IMG/VR virus record: IMGVR_UViG_3300037466_003065
Location: 32,001-96,000 of that record
Reading direction: 5' to 3' (one strand)
Source of the DNA: a virus
Length of the DNA: 64,000 bases
Below the pieces are notes generated by a model. That model had not been told where the DNA came from. It worked only from the letters and a program-made list of their open reading frames with translations, and searched no databases. Numbering within the stretch: the stretch's first letter is position 1; the number at the start of each line of letters is the position of its first letter. Positions 54,625 through 63,999 of the stretch are shown in pieces. A program made the translations under genes and the position numbers.

Positions 54625-55851
54625 ATGCCACCTCGCATCCTGATCGTTACCCTGACCCTACTGCTCGGCTGGTGCGGTGCGGCCGCGGGCCAGCCGGTCA
54701 CCCGCCCCTCCACCCAGCCGGCGGATCTGGCGTTCATCCCCGACCCGCCGAAGGTCTCGCCGCTGGCCGGCACCAACTGGAAGCCCCGGATCTTCTTCGA
54801 CTACAACGCGACGCCGATCTTCGGGTGGAACCCCAAGTTCGTGAACGACGGCAGGGGAACGGAGCCCGACCGGAACGGGCGGTACTCGTGGGAGCGGAAC
54901 GGCGAGGCGTCCGAGTACCTGCTCAAGTGCGGGTTCACGCCGACGATCATCGCCTACAACGGCACCCTGAACCGTGCGGGCACGTGGTGGAACTTCGACA
55001 CCAACACGTGGGATCCCGGCGTGACCCCCGGCGCGAACCGGTGGGCCGTCCTCTGGAACAAGCCCGATGGCACGACCCGGGAGGGCAACTTCAGCGATCC
55101 GGTCAACCCGCGGGCCGTGGACGCCATCTGTGCCCTCGCCCGAAAGCCGTACGCGTTCGGCGCCCCACTGAAGAGCGCAAGGCCGGTCTGGACGGATATC
55201 GAGGGCACGGCCACCTACAACCCCGACGCCTACGGCCACCCCGGCCCCGTCGAGGCGGTGAAGGTCGCCAAGGCGTGGCTGGGAATGGCCCAGGAGTTCC
55301 GCCGGTGGGGCAACCTGTACACGTACGACCAGGAGCTCTACACCTACGGCGGCCACCTCTGGTGCTACTACGACTACCTCGACGAGAACACCTACGAACA
55401 GAAGCTGAAGGGGGCCGCGACCGCCGAGGAGAAGGCGAAGGCGGCCAAGGAGCTGGGGGCCGTCAGGGAGTTCGCCGCCGTCGAGCGTCAGCACGCCCAC
55501 CTGTACAGCGGCTTCACGGGCTGCACGTACAACGCGAACCAGGTCATCGAGTCCGGGCTGGATGCGTTCGCCCAGGGTGTCGACCGGTATGGGGTGATCG
55601 TCAACAAATACTACCCCGAGTTCCGCGACAACAAGGTGATGTACGTATCGCCGGTGTACACGGTGATGTGGAAGGACTCGCAGGCCGACGAGGTGAAGGC
55701 GCTGGACGGCCAGCCGGTGCCGCTGGATCTCTGGAAGTCCGAGATCGACTACCTCGTCTCGCGAGGGTGGCACGTCTACGTGTGGATGGGGTACACGTAC
55801 GACCTGAAGCCCGTCAAGCCCCACCTCGACTACCTGCTCCGGTTCAAATGA
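54625..55851 (+). CDS. Secreted protein, possibly TIM-barrel hydrolase-like
   Basis: RBS AAGGAGG. Signal MPPRILIVTLTLLLGWCGAAAG, then TRPSTQPA. Aromatic-rich alternating alpha/beta body. Confidence 0.7.
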   Translation: MPPRILIVTLTLLLGWCGAAAGQPVTRPSTQPADLAFIPDPPKVSPLAGTNWKPRIFFDYNATPIFGWNPKFVNDGRGTEPDRNGRYSWERNGEASEYLLKCGFTPTIIAYNGTLNRAGTWWNFDTNTWDPGVTPGANRWAVLWNKPDGTTREGNFSDPVNPRAVDAICALARKPYAFGAPLKSARPVWTDIEGTATYNPDAYGHPGPVEAVKVAKAWLGMAQEFRRWGNLYTYDQELYTYGGHLWCYYDYLDENTYEQKLKGAATAEEKAKAAKELGAVREFAAVERQHAHLYSGFTGCTYNANQVIESGLDAFAQGVDRYGVIVNKYYPEFRDNKVMYVSPVYTVMWKDSQADEVKALDGQPVPLDLWKSEIDYLVSRGWHVYVWMGYTYDLKPVKPHLDYLLRFK

Positions 55852-56150
55852 TCTACGTCCACAACCGATCAACCTACCGTGGCCCCGGAGTGAAAGTCTT
55901 CCGGGGCCACTTGCTTGGTAACCGGTACGTCATAGGCCGCGACGGGGATCGGGCCACCGTGATTGCCAAGTTCCGGCGTTGGCTCTGGGCACAACTTCAA
56001 GTCCCTGCGGAGGTGGCCGCGGAAGTCCGGCGGCTCGCCGAGCTCCACCGCCGGGGCGAGGACATTCACCTGATCTGCTGCTGCGTGCCCGACGACTGCC
56101 ACGCATTCGTGATTAAAGCCGCGATCGAGTGGATGGCGATGAGACTGTGA
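55848..56150 (+). CDS. DUF4326-like protein
   Basis: ATG 55848. VFRGHLLGNRYVIGRDGDRATVIAKF...LICCCVPDDCHA. Confidence 0.82.
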   Translation: MIYVHNRSTYRGPGVKVFRGHLLGNRYVIGRDGDRATVIAKFRRWLWAQLQVPAEVAAEVRRLAELHRRGEDIHLICCCVPDDCHAFVIKAAIEWMAMRL

Positions 56151-56843
56151 ATGCCCAAGAAGCAACTGAGCGAAGCTGACGTGTGCAAGGAGATGATCGC
56201 CTACCTGGAGGAGCGAGGCTGGTGCTGCTATCAGGAGGTTTCCTTCAAGGGCGAGCGGGGCCGAGCCGACATCGTCGCCGTGTATGACGGTCGCATCGTC
56301 TGGGTGATCGAGGCCAAGAAGGCCCTGAACCTCGACGTGCTCGCCCAGGCGTACGACTGGGTCGGCGTAGCCCACTACGTGAGCATCGTGGTGCCCTACC
56401 CGGCGCGGGGTGAGTGGGCCAAGAAGGGGTTCGTGAAGCAGGTGCTGGGCGACCAGGGCATCGGCCTGTTCTACACCTGCAAGACATCCGATGTGCGAGT
56501 TGCGACGCCGGTACACGCCCGGCTGAACCGGTCGGCCCACCGCCACACCGAGAAGCTGCTCTCCCAGCTCCGGCCCGAGCACCAGACCTTCGCGGCCGCC
56601 GGCACCAGCGGCACGTTCTGGACGCCATACAAGGAGAGTTGTCGGGAGATCCTGAAGGAGGTCAGCGGCACGCCGGGGATCAATTTCACGGAGCTGATGA
56701 AGCGGGTGGGCAAAATGCACTATTCGTCTCCTTCCTCGGCCCGATCCACGATGTTGAAGCGGATCATTCGGGGGCACGTCCCCGGCGTCCACATCACACG
56801 GGTCGGCAAGGAGTTCCGAGTCTATCCCGGGGCCCAGAAATGA
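56151..56843 (+). CDS. PD-(D/E)xK nuclease-like protein
   Basis: SEADVC...YQEV...RADIVAV...VIEAK...LAQA. Confidence 0.75.
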   Translation: MPKKQLSEADVCKEMIAYLEERGWCCYQEVSFKGERGRADIVAVYDGRIVWVIEAKKALNLDVLAQAYDWVGVAHYVSIVVPYPARGEWAKKGFVKQVLGDQGIGLFYTCKTSDVRVATPVHARLNRSAHRHTEKLLSQLRPEHQTFAAAGTSGTFWTPYKESCREILKEVSGTPGINFTELMKRVGKMHYSSPSSARSTMLKRIIRGHVPGVHITRVGKEFRVYPGAQK

Positions 56844-56845
56844 GA

Positions 56846-56868
56846 AACCCCCGGGGCGACCGGGGGTT
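56846..56868. other. GC-rich hairpin directly after the stop codon
   Basis: AACCCCCGG-ggcga-CCGGGGGTT; no clear U tract. Confidence 0.5.
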
Positions 56869-56890
56869 ACTCACCTTCAAGGAGGCATCT

Positions 56891-56932
56891 GTGAGCCCTA
56901 CTCGCAGAGGCCAAGATCGCCCGCCATACTAA
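56891..56932 (+). CDS. Possible 13-aa small ORF (MSPTRRGQDRPPY)
   Basis: Perfect AAGGAGG at 56879-56885, 5 nt before GTG; lies between two hairpins. Confidence 0.3.
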   Translation: MSPTRRGQDRPPY

Positions 56933-57035
56933 CAACACGCCTGGGGGCGTCAAGAGGAATTTTGCGATTCGTAAACCGGACTCATGCCCGATGCGGGCTG
57001 GGGCCGATATGTCTGGCGTGATGTCCCGTCTGAGC

Positions 57036-57074
57036 GAAGGCCCCCGGTGGTGATGCCCGGGGGCCTTCTTTATT
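57036..57074 (+). terminator. Rho-independent terminator
   Basis: 12-bp stem GAAGGCCCCCGG/CCGGGGGCCTTC followed by TTTATT. Confidence 0.65.
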
Positions 57075-57142
57075 GCGGATGAAGTCGCTCGTGGGAGCTG
57101 TCGATATCCCGAATGGCAGAGCGCCATTGACGGAGATCCCCC

Positions 57143-57928
57143 ATGAGCAAGATGTCGAATTACCTCGAGAACCTGATCATCGAGCGCCATTTGCGCGGCG
57201 GGGCGTTCACGCCTCCCGCGACGGTGTATCTCGCACTGGCCTCGGGGATCACGGCCGGTGGCGACGGCGACCCCACCGCCTTCAGCGAAGTCTCGACGAC
57301 CAGCACGGGGTATGGTCGTCAGGCGATCACGTTCGGTGCGGCCTCCGGCGGTGCCGCCAGCAACAGCGTTGCGATCTCCTTCAGCCCCGCGACCGCCGAC
57401 TGGGCGTCGGGCTCGAACCTCACGCACTGGGCCATCTACGACGCCTCCACCGGCGGCAACATGCTCTACTGGGGCACCGTCCCCACGCCGGGCACCGTCC
57501 TGAGTGGCGAGACGTTCACCGTCGACGTCGGCAACATCACGGTTACCCTCTCCGGCAACTGGACGACCACCTTCATGAACCAGATCCTGGACGCGACCCT
57601 GCGTGCCCAGGCCCTTCCCGCCCCCACGATCCGCGTCGCCCTGCTCACCGCCTTTACCAACGACTCAACGTTCACCGAGTGCCCGGACAGCAACTACGCC
57701 CGCCTCACGACCACGTGGGGCGCGTCCTCGAACGGCCAGTCCCTGAACGCGGTCGACATCGCGTATGCCGCGATGAACGCCCAGCAGGTGATCACGCACG
57801 TCGCCCTGTTCGATGCGGCGACCGCCGGCAACATGAGCTACCGCGGCCCGCTCGCGGCCAGCAAGACCGTGGGCGCCGGCAAGGTGCTCAAGTTCCTGTC
57901 CGGCCAGTTGTCGATCAACGCTCAGTAA
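57143..57928 (+). CDS. Phage tail-associated structural protein made of two homologous halves
   Basis: MSNYLENLII...VYLAL...GYGRQAITF...THWAIYDASTGGNML is repeated as FMNQIL...IRVAL...YARLTTTW...THVALFDAATAGNM. Confidence 0.8.
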   Translation: MSKMSNYLENLIIERHLRGGAFTPPATVYLALASGITAGGDGDPTAFSEVSTTSTGYGRQAITFGAASGGAASNSVAISFSPATADWASGSNLTHWAIYDASTGGNMLYWGTVPTPGTVLSGETFTVDVGNITVTLSGNWTTTFMNQILDATLRAQALPAPTIRVALLTAFTNDSTFTECPDSNYARLTTTWGASSNGQSLNAVDIAYAAMNAQQVITHVALFDAATAGNMSYRGPLAASKTVGAGKVLKFLSGQLSINAQ

Positions 57929-57960
57929 TTCACGGGGGTTCGTCCTGAGACGAGAGGGCC

Positions 57961-58632
57961 ATGAACTACGTCGAGCTATACCAGGTCTTCGTCGCGCCCG
58001 ACCCGAACAGGTCGGACGCCGACATTCTCGCCGCCGCGAACGCGAAGACGTTGGTGCCGAACGGCAAGGGCGAGTTCCGCGCCGGCGAACTGACACTCGC
58101 CGCCGCGCTCGGCCCCAACGCGGTCGCCGACTTCCTGTCGGACGTTCTCGCCGCAGCCAACGGGCCCGACCCGCGGGTCACCCTGTCAAACCCGAACGCG
58201 CCGTCGAACCACACGCTCGATCTGATCTACCGCAAGCTCACCACCGAGGGCGTCGACCTCCGGAATCCGGTGACGCGGGCCATGATCGACGTCCTGCGCA
58301 TCGTGCCGCTCAAGGTGGTCAACGGCGTGCCCACCCCGATCCTCACGTCCGATCAGGCCGAAGCGATCATCAGCCTTGCCTGGGTGGAGAAGTCTCCCGC
58401 CCTCGACGCGATGGGTCGCGACATGGGCCCGGAAGACCTGGCGACCATTCGCCAGATCGGCACGAGGCTCGCCACGTTGAACGCCTGCCGCGGGCGAGTG
58501 CAGCAGTGGTTTCAGCAGTTGCAGCAGGCCCTGAAAGATTTCGCCGTCACCGAGGACGCCCTGACTAACGGCTCCCTCGTCGCCGTCCCGTCGCTCGACG
58601 ACATCAAGGCGAACCTGAGCACGAACGCGTAG
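57961..58632 (+). CDS. Hypothetical protein (223 aa)
   Basis: RBS GAGGG, structural-region context. Confidence 0.7.
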   Translation: MNYVELYQVFVAPDPNRSDADILAAANAKTLVPNGKGEFRAGELTLAAALGPNAVADFLSDVLAAANGPDPRVTLSNPNAPSNHTLDLIYRKLTTEGVDLRNPVTRAMIDVLRIVPLKVVNGVPTPILTSDQAEAIISLAWVEKSPALDAMGRDMGPEDLATIRQIGTRLATLNACRGRVQQWFQQLQQALKDFAVTEDALTNGSLVAVPSLDDIKANLSTNA

Positions 58633-58688
58633 GCGTGCCAAGGTCTCGCGTGACGACCTGACCGCAGCCGAGGCGTTGAAGTATCGCC

Positions 58689-61600
58689 ATGTCAACCCTG
58701 TATTCGGACAGCTTCTCGGGCAACCTGACGGCGTACGACCAGTGGGACGGCAACGTCGCGAACAGCGGCGGGCCGTACTACACGATCGCCTCCGGGGCGC
58801 TCCAAGTCGTCGCGAACGGGACGTCCGCGCCGCTGGTCTTGTCGGTCAAGACGAGCAGTCTCGCGGCGTTCGCCAACGGCCAGGTGACGGTCACGGTCAA
58901 GAACCCGAGTTCCACCTGGGACGGCGGGCCGGTCATCCGCATGGTGGACGGCCTCACCATGTACGCGCTGGACGTGTACAACTCCGGCGGGTGGCGGGCC
59001 GACCTCACCCTGTACAGCGGCAGCGGCGCCGGCACCGCCCTCGCGAGCAACACTACGATCGCCGCGCCGGTCGACGGCGACAAGCTGACGATCAAGGCCA
59101 ACGGGACGACGCTGACCGGGTACATCAACGGCGTCCAGGTCGTCACGGTCACGAACTCCACGATCGCGAACGGGCAGCCGGCGATTCACTGGTGGGGGTC
59201 GCCGCAGACGGTGGCGTTCGACGACTTCCTGGTCGAAGACCTGGCGTCGGCCACGGTCAACCAGGCGGACTTCCTGTTCCGCAATGACGACGGGAGCGAG
59301 TCGGCGGCGACCGCGGTCACCACGCAGAACACGAACGCGACGATCCCCGCCGGCACAGCATTTCGCCTCCGCACGGCAATCGTGGGGGTGGACGCCGCGT
59401 CCGTCGTGCCGCAAATCGAGTTCAAGAAGTCGACCGACTCGACCTTCACGGCGATCAAGGCGTCCGGCCTCGCCAGCAACATTGCCAGCGTCGGCACGCT
59501 CGGCACGGGCGTCAGCAGTACCAGTAGTACCACGCTCGCACTGACGACGACGACTAACGGCCTGGCGGTCGGCGACTACGCCATCGTTACGATCTCGGCC
59601 GCCAACACGAGCACGACGGACGGCGACAACGGCGAGGTGTCGTCAGTCACTGACAGCGTGGGCAATACGTGGACGAAGCTGGGCGAACAGACCAACAGTA
59701 ACGCCGCCGCCGCGGGGGGCGTTACGTGCTCGGTCTGGTACTCGCGCGTCACGGTCGCCGCCGCGGTCGGTACCGTGATCACCGCCAACTTCGGGACGGC
59801 ACGGGTCGACAAGTGCATCTCGGGGTGGAAGTTCACGTCCCCGAAGAAGCTGATCCTGTCGGCCACCGCCGTCGCGAACGTCACGGACGGCGGTTCCGGC
59901 TTCGGCTCCGTGTCGTTCTCCGGCCTCGCCTCGAAGCAGCGGGTCTACTTCCGTGCCCTCGCCAAGAAGGCCAACAGCACGACCGCCATCACGGCCTCCA
60001 CCAACTTCACGACGCAGGGCATCACGATCCGGTCGCGTAACAGTACGTCAGCGGTCATCCTCCGCGGCGAGTTCCGGGTCAACGCGAGCACGGGCGAGAC
60101 CAGCAACCCGACACTGGCCGTGACCGGTGACACGGCCGCCGTGTTCGTCGCCATGGAGGAGCAGGAGTACCCGATCACCCTGTCGATCTCGAGCAACATC
60201 TCGGCCGGCGGCACGCAGGCCACCGCCTACGGCCCGATGGCGGCACCCAGCGGATACACGTCCTCCAACTTTTCCGCCGGCAACATCAGCGACGACACCA
60301 ATCCGCTCGCCTCGAAAAGTTTGACGGCCGGTTCGTACACGGAGTACGAGTTTTCGCTGGTGCCCACCTCCGGCGTCGTGGTGAATGGCGACAGCTACCA
60401 GTTCAGGATTACGAACTCCGGCACGGCCCTAACTAACTACAGCACCACGCCGACCCTCACGATCGGCACGCCCGCGTCCGACGTCACGGCCAGTGCAACC
60501 CTCACGGGCACCGCGACGACGTCGATCGCGAAGCTCACCTTTGCACAGGGTGCGTCCACGCTGGCGGGTGCCGCCACCACCTCCTTCACTGGCCGCGCCT
60601 GCCTCATGGGTGCCGCCACGTTGACGGGGGTGGCCGCCACGTCGATCGTTGGGGGCATCTATGCTCGCGGGGCCGCCACGTTGACCGGCCTGGCGAGTAC
60701 GGCCTTCTCCAGCTCGAGCGCGTTCCTCGCCGGTGCCACGCTGACCGGAGTTGCGACCACCGCCATTGCCCGCACCGTGTTCGCCTCCGCGGCGTCCACC
60801 TTGGCGGGCCTGGCCTCGACCACCTTCTCGGGCGCGTCCTACCCGATGGCGGCCGCCACGCTCTCCGGGGCGGCCGCCACCAACTTCGCCAGTTCCGTCT
60901 CTGTGTCTGCGGCCGCGTCGCTCGCGGGCACGGCCGCCACTGCATTCTCGGGCTTTAGCCATGTGGGTGGGGCCGCCTCGTTGACCGGCTCGGCCAACAC
61001 GTCGCTCACGCCCGTCGTGGTGGTGGTGGCGTCGGCGACGCTGGTGGGGTCGGCCGACGACTCCTTCAACACGGGCGCGGAAACCACGGCGAGCATCGCC
61101 CTGACCGGCTCGGCCGAGACCTCCCTGATTCCCACGGTCTACCTGACCGCGTCGGTCTCGCTCATCGGCACCGCCGCCACCTCGATCGCCGCCCGGACGA
61201 ACGTCGCCGGCGCCGCGACACTGACCGGCACGGCCAGCTCCCTACTATCGCCCCGCGTATCCGTCCCCGCGGCGGCGACCCTGACCGGCGTGGCCGCCAC
61301 GTCCTTCGTGGGCAAGTCGTTCGTGCTCAGTGCCGCCACCCTGGTCGGCACCGCATCGCTTTCGTTTTCCCCCACCACTTCGCTGACGGGTGCGGCCTCG
61401 CTGCTGGGGCAGGCTGCGACCTCGCTCACGAAGACCATTGCGGTCGGGGCTTCCGCCTCCCTGTCGTCCACGGCCTCCACCCTGTTCCTGCAAACGGTCA
61501 GCGTGCCGGCCGCCGCGTCCGTGGGTGGCGCGGCCGACACCTCCCCTTTGATTTACCTGGTGTACGCCGGGGCGACCTCGACGCTTACGGGGTCGGCCTC

Positions 61601-61964
61601 CACCGTGGTGCAGCCGATCACCTTCCTGGCTGGCGCCGCCACCCTCACCGGGGCCACGGACACCTCACTGCACCGGAAAAGGTTCGACCTGGTCTTCGCC
61701 GACTACGAGGACGCCATCCTCGAACCCCTACTTCCGATCAGTGATGGGGTCTATGTCCTGAACATTGATGTCGCGGGAGCCGATCTAACTCAGGTACTGG
61801 TGTGTGATCCGGCGGCCGACGTTCCGAATCCTTCGGTCGTCGGGGCGGATGTGCACAACCAGAGTGTGACCCAGGCCGACGTGTCGGGGCAGATGACCGC
61901 CTCGCCGGCCGACATCCCCGTGCCCCTGACGATGGTCGAGTTCGATTTCCTGATCGACAAGTAG
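58689..61964 (+). CDS. Tail fibre/adhesin-like protein: N-terminal ConA/lectin-like domain and 20-aa tandem-repeat shaft
   Basis: GDKLTIKANGTTLTGYINGVQV beta-sandwich pattern; about 20 repeats of (A/G)AATLTGxAxTS. Confidence 0.78.
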   Translation: MSTLYSDSFSGNLTAYDQWDGNVANSGGPYYTIASGALQVVANGTSAPLVLSVKTSSLAAFANGQVTVTVKNPSSTWDGGPVIRMVDGLTMYALDVYNSGGWRADLTLYSGSGAGTALASNTTIAAPVDGDKLTIKANGTTLTGYINGVQVVTVTNSTIANGQPAIHWWGSPQTVAFDDFLVEDLASATVNQADFLFRNDDGSESAATAVTTQNTNATIPAGTAFRLRTAIVGVDAASVVPQIEFKKSTDSTFTAIKASGLASNIASVGTLGTGVSSTSSTTLALTTTTNGLAVGDYAIVTISAANTSTTDGDNGEVSSVTDSVGNTWTKLGEQTNSNAAAAGGVTCSVWYSRVTVAAAVGTVITANFGTARVDKCISGWKFTSPKKLILSATAVANVTDGGSGFGSVSFSGLASKQRVYFRALAKKANSTTAITASTNFTTQGITIRSRNSTSAVILRGEFRVNASTGETSNPTLAVTGDTAAVFVAMEEQEYPITLSISSNISAGGTQATAYGPMAAPSGYTSSNFSAGNISDDTNPLASKSLTAGSYTEYEFSLVPTSGVVVNGDSYQFRITNSGTALTNYSTTPTLTIGTPASDVTASATLTGTATTSIAKLTFAQGASTLAGAATTSFTGRACLMGAATLTGVAATSIVGGIYARGAATLTGLASTAFSSSSAFLAGATLTGVATTAIARTVFASAASTLAGLASTTFSGASYPMAAATLSGAAATNFASSVSVSAAASLAGTAATAFSGFSHVGGAASLTGSANTSLTPVVVVVASATLVGSADDSFNTGAETTASIALTGSAETSLIPTVYLTASVSLIGTAATSIAARTNVAGAATLTGTASSLLSPRVSVPAAATLTGVAATSFVGKSFVLSAATLVGTASLSFSPTTSLTGAASLLGQAATSLTKTIAVGASASLSSTASTLFLQTVSVPAAASVGGAADTSPLIYLVYAGATSTLTGSASTVVQPITFLAGAATLTGATDTSLHRKRFDLVFADYEDAILEPLLPISDGVYVLNIDVAGADLTQVLVCDPAADVPNPSVVGADVHNQSVTQADVSGQMTASPADIPVPLTMVEFDFLIDK
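60489..61677 (+). repeat. About 20 tandem copies of a 20-codon (60-nt) protein repeat
   Basis: Examples: ASATLTGTATTSIAKLTFAQ, GASTLAGAATTSFTGRACLM, GAATLTGVAATSIVGGIYAR. Confidence 0.85.
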
Positions 61965-61974
61965 GGAGAATCCC

Positions 61975-62286
61975 ATGGCTGCCGGAAACTGGCTGGTTGA
62001 AACCGATACGAAAGTCACGCTGCGCGGCCTGAAGGACGAGCTGGGGGCGTTCGTCAACGACGCGACGGTCACCGGTGACTTGTACGACAAGACCGTGGTC
62101 GTCGACAACGGGTCGAACATCCCCTTCACCTACGTCGACGGGTCGGACGGCGACTACGAAGGCGTGATCCCCGCAAACGTGCCCATCAAGGAGGGGTCGT
62201 CCTACGACCTGTTCCTGACGGCCGTCCGTAGCGGCAAGATGATGGTCGTCCGCGTGCGTCGCACCGCGAAGTACCTGGACGTGTAA
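61975..62286 (+). CDS. Small structural-type protein (103 aa)
   Basis: RBS GGGAG. VNDATVTGDLYD...DGDYEG...SYDLFLTA is typical of baseplate/tail accessory proteins. Confidence 0.7.
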   Translation: MAAGNWLVETDTKVTLRGLKDELGAFVNDATVTGDLYDKTVVVDNGSNIPFTYVDGSDGDYEGVIPANVPIKEGSSYDLFLTAVRSGKMMVVRVRRTAKYLDV

Positions 62287-62299
62287 TTAGGAGGAACCC

Positions 62300-62800
62300 A
62301 TGGGGCCAATGATGTATCTGGCGTTCTGGAAGGGCGAGGGTTGGTTCGGCGGGAGCCTGACCGACGCGGCGATCCGCCTGTTCTCCCTGAGCAACGTCTC
62401 GCACGTCGAGATGGTGTTCCCCGAGGAGGACGCGGAGGGCCGCAACCTGTGCTTCAGCAGCTCCCCGCGGGACGGGGCGCCGGGCATGACGAACGGCACG
62501 CGGTTCAAGTACATCGGGGTCATGAACGACCCGAAGTGGATCGTGGTGCGGGTGCCCTGGCACCCCGGGATCGTGAAGGCGTTCTGCAAGCGGATCGAGG
62601 GCCTGCCCTACGATTGGGCCGGCGTCCTCCGCTTTGCCTTTCCGTTTCTGCAGGAGTCAGCCGATAAGTATTTCTGCAGCGAGGTCTGCACGGACGGCGG
62701 GCAGGAAGTCCTCCAGCTCGAGGATCTCATTTCTTGGCGGACTCGCCCCGGCGACCTGCTCAAGGCTGTCCGCGAACGGTACGCGTCTTTTAACCAGTAG
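62300..62800 (+). CDS. Permuted papain-like amidase (YiiX/YaeF-like, NlpC/P60 superfamily)
   Basis: His before Cys: VSHVEMVF ... GLPYDWAGVL ... KYFCSEVC. Confidence 0.8.
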   Translation: MGPMMYLAFWKGEGWFGGSLTDAAIRLFSLSNVSHVEMVFPEEDAEGRNLCFSSSPRDGAPGMTNGTRFKYIGVMNDPKWIVVRVPWHPGIVKAFCKRIEGLPYDWAGVLRFAFPFLQESADKYFCSEVCTDGGQEVLQLEDLISWRTRPGDLLKAVRERYASFNQ

Positions 62801-62808
62801 GAAGATCT

Positions 62809-63069
62809 ATGCATTATCGGAACGGCCGCGAGGCCAAGAACGGGGACAAGATCGTCATGCTCGGCGGGTACGGCAGCGGCCCCGTCAAGATCGTCGCCGT
62901 TGGCGTCCTGTACGACGCCACGCCGGGCAACGACCACTGCAACGGGTACATCGCCCCCACCATCGGTGGGCCGGTTCATGCCGCCTGCCTTTGCGACTGC
63001 CTGCACCAGGACGACCTGGGCGACCTCATTGCGAAGGAAGGTCTCGATAAGCGGCCGCCGGGCAAGTAG
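62809..63069 (+). CDS. Small hypothetical protein (86 aa)
   Basis: RBS AGGA. MHYRNGREAKNGDKIV...CLCDCLH. Confidence 0.7.
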   Translation: MHYRNGREAKNGDKIVMLGGYGSGPVKIVAVGVLYDATPGNDHCNGYIAPTIGGPVHAACLCDCLHQDDLGDLIAKEGLDKRPPGK

Positions 63070-63094
63070 GCCGACACGATTCCCGCTGACGCAA

Positions 63095-63126
63095 AGAGGG
63101 CTCCCGAGTTCGCTCGGGAGCCCTCT
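63095..63126. terminator. Probable bidirectional terminator between convergent genes
   Basis: Perfect 14-bp stem AGAGGGCTCCCGAG-TTCG-CTCGGGAGCCCTCT. Confidence 0.8.
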
Positions 63127-63166
63127 CTGTTTGGAGACCTTACCGGGGCCGGCAGGAGGAAGGATC

Positions 63167-63463
63167 TTAGTCGAGATCCTCCCGGACGAACAGGTCGTAG
63201 TAGCCGGGGTCTTCGTTGAACGACCCGCACTTCTGGCTGGCGGCAGCCTCGCTGGTGAACAGGAGTCGCTTGGACACGAAAACTATCTTGTCCAAGGGGA
63301 CGCTGTAGCCGACGCCGGGTATGTAGAAGTTGGCCGGGAACGTTACGCAGGCGAGCGGGTCGTCCGAGATCGCGATCAGCCTCGCCTCCTTCGTTTCGAA
63401 CCGCGGGCCGGGGTAGCTGTGCTTCCCGTGGTCGATGATGGCCCAGATCTGGTCGCCGATCAT
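63167..63463 (-). CDS. Hypothetical protein (98 aa)
   Basis: Coupled to the upstream gene, ends near the terminator. Confidence 0.6.
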   Translation of the reverse strand: MIGDQIWAIIDHGKHSYPGPRFETKEARLIAISDDPLACVTFPANFYIPGVGYSVPLDKIVFVSKRLLFTSEAAASQKCGSFNEDPGYYDLFVREDLD

Positions 63464-63717
63464 TTATCACCGTCCTTCACCAGCTTGCGGTACTCGGGGG
63501 TCAAGAACCGGTCGGCCAGCGTAGCTACGCCGTCGAGGACAGCCTTGACGTCTCGCTGGCACACGCGGGTCTTGTGGTGGATCAGGATCACGAGGGCCTC
63601 CTGAGTTAGCCCGGACGTCTTCATGGCCATCGCGGCCGCATGGATCTTATTCAGCGACGCCGCCATCGCCCTGAACTCGTCGGGCGAAATCGGCGCGGGC
63701 TCGTTCTTGTTGGGCAT
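63460..63717 (-). CDS. Hypothetical protein (85 aa)
   Basis: RBS GAGG, ATGA overlap downstream. Confidence 0.65.
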   Translation of the reverse strand: MPNKNEPAPISPDEFRAMAASLNKIHAAAMAMKTSGLTQEALVILIHHKTRVCQRDVKAVLDGVATLADRFLTPEYRKLVKDGDK

Positions 63718-63967
63718 TGATTTCCTCGGGGGTATGAAGCATCAGGACGCGGGCGAACACCAGCACGTTGGCGAGCGGGCAGTCGCCCTTGACGACCCAC
63801 TTCAGCATGGACTTCGGGACGTCGGGGTACAACGCGACGAGGGGCTTGACGGCCTCCTCGGCCGCGTCCTCGGCGAGTAACACGCCGGCGAAGAACGAGA
63901 CCCGCGCAGCGGCAAACGCCGCGCGGGCCTCTGGGTCGTTCACGATCTCTTTGAACACGTCGGTCAC
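63647..63967 (-). CDS. Hypothetical protein (106 aa)
   Basis: GTG start overlapping an upstream TGA; overlaps the next gene by 71 nt. Confidence 0.55.
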   Translation of the reverse strand: MTDVFKEIVNDPEARAAFAAARVSFFAGVLLAEDAAEEAVKPLVALYPDVPKSMLKWVVKGDCPLANVLVFARVLMLHTPEEINAQQERARADFARRVQGDGGVAE

Positions 63968-63999
63968 TTGATCATCTCCAAGAACTGGTCGAAGCTGAT
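63964..63999 (-). CDS. 3' end of a gene truncated by the window edge (...ISFDQFLEMIK*)
   Basis: Open frame ending in TGA that overlaps the GTG at 63967. Confidence 0.35.
   Translation of the reverse strand: MSFDQFLEMIK

Noticed and set aside
56972-57010. Sigma-28 promoter (TAAA ... GCCGATAT)
   Set aside because: TAAA-to--10 spacing is 27 nt rather than about 15; the GCCGATAA near 62660 lies inside a coding region.
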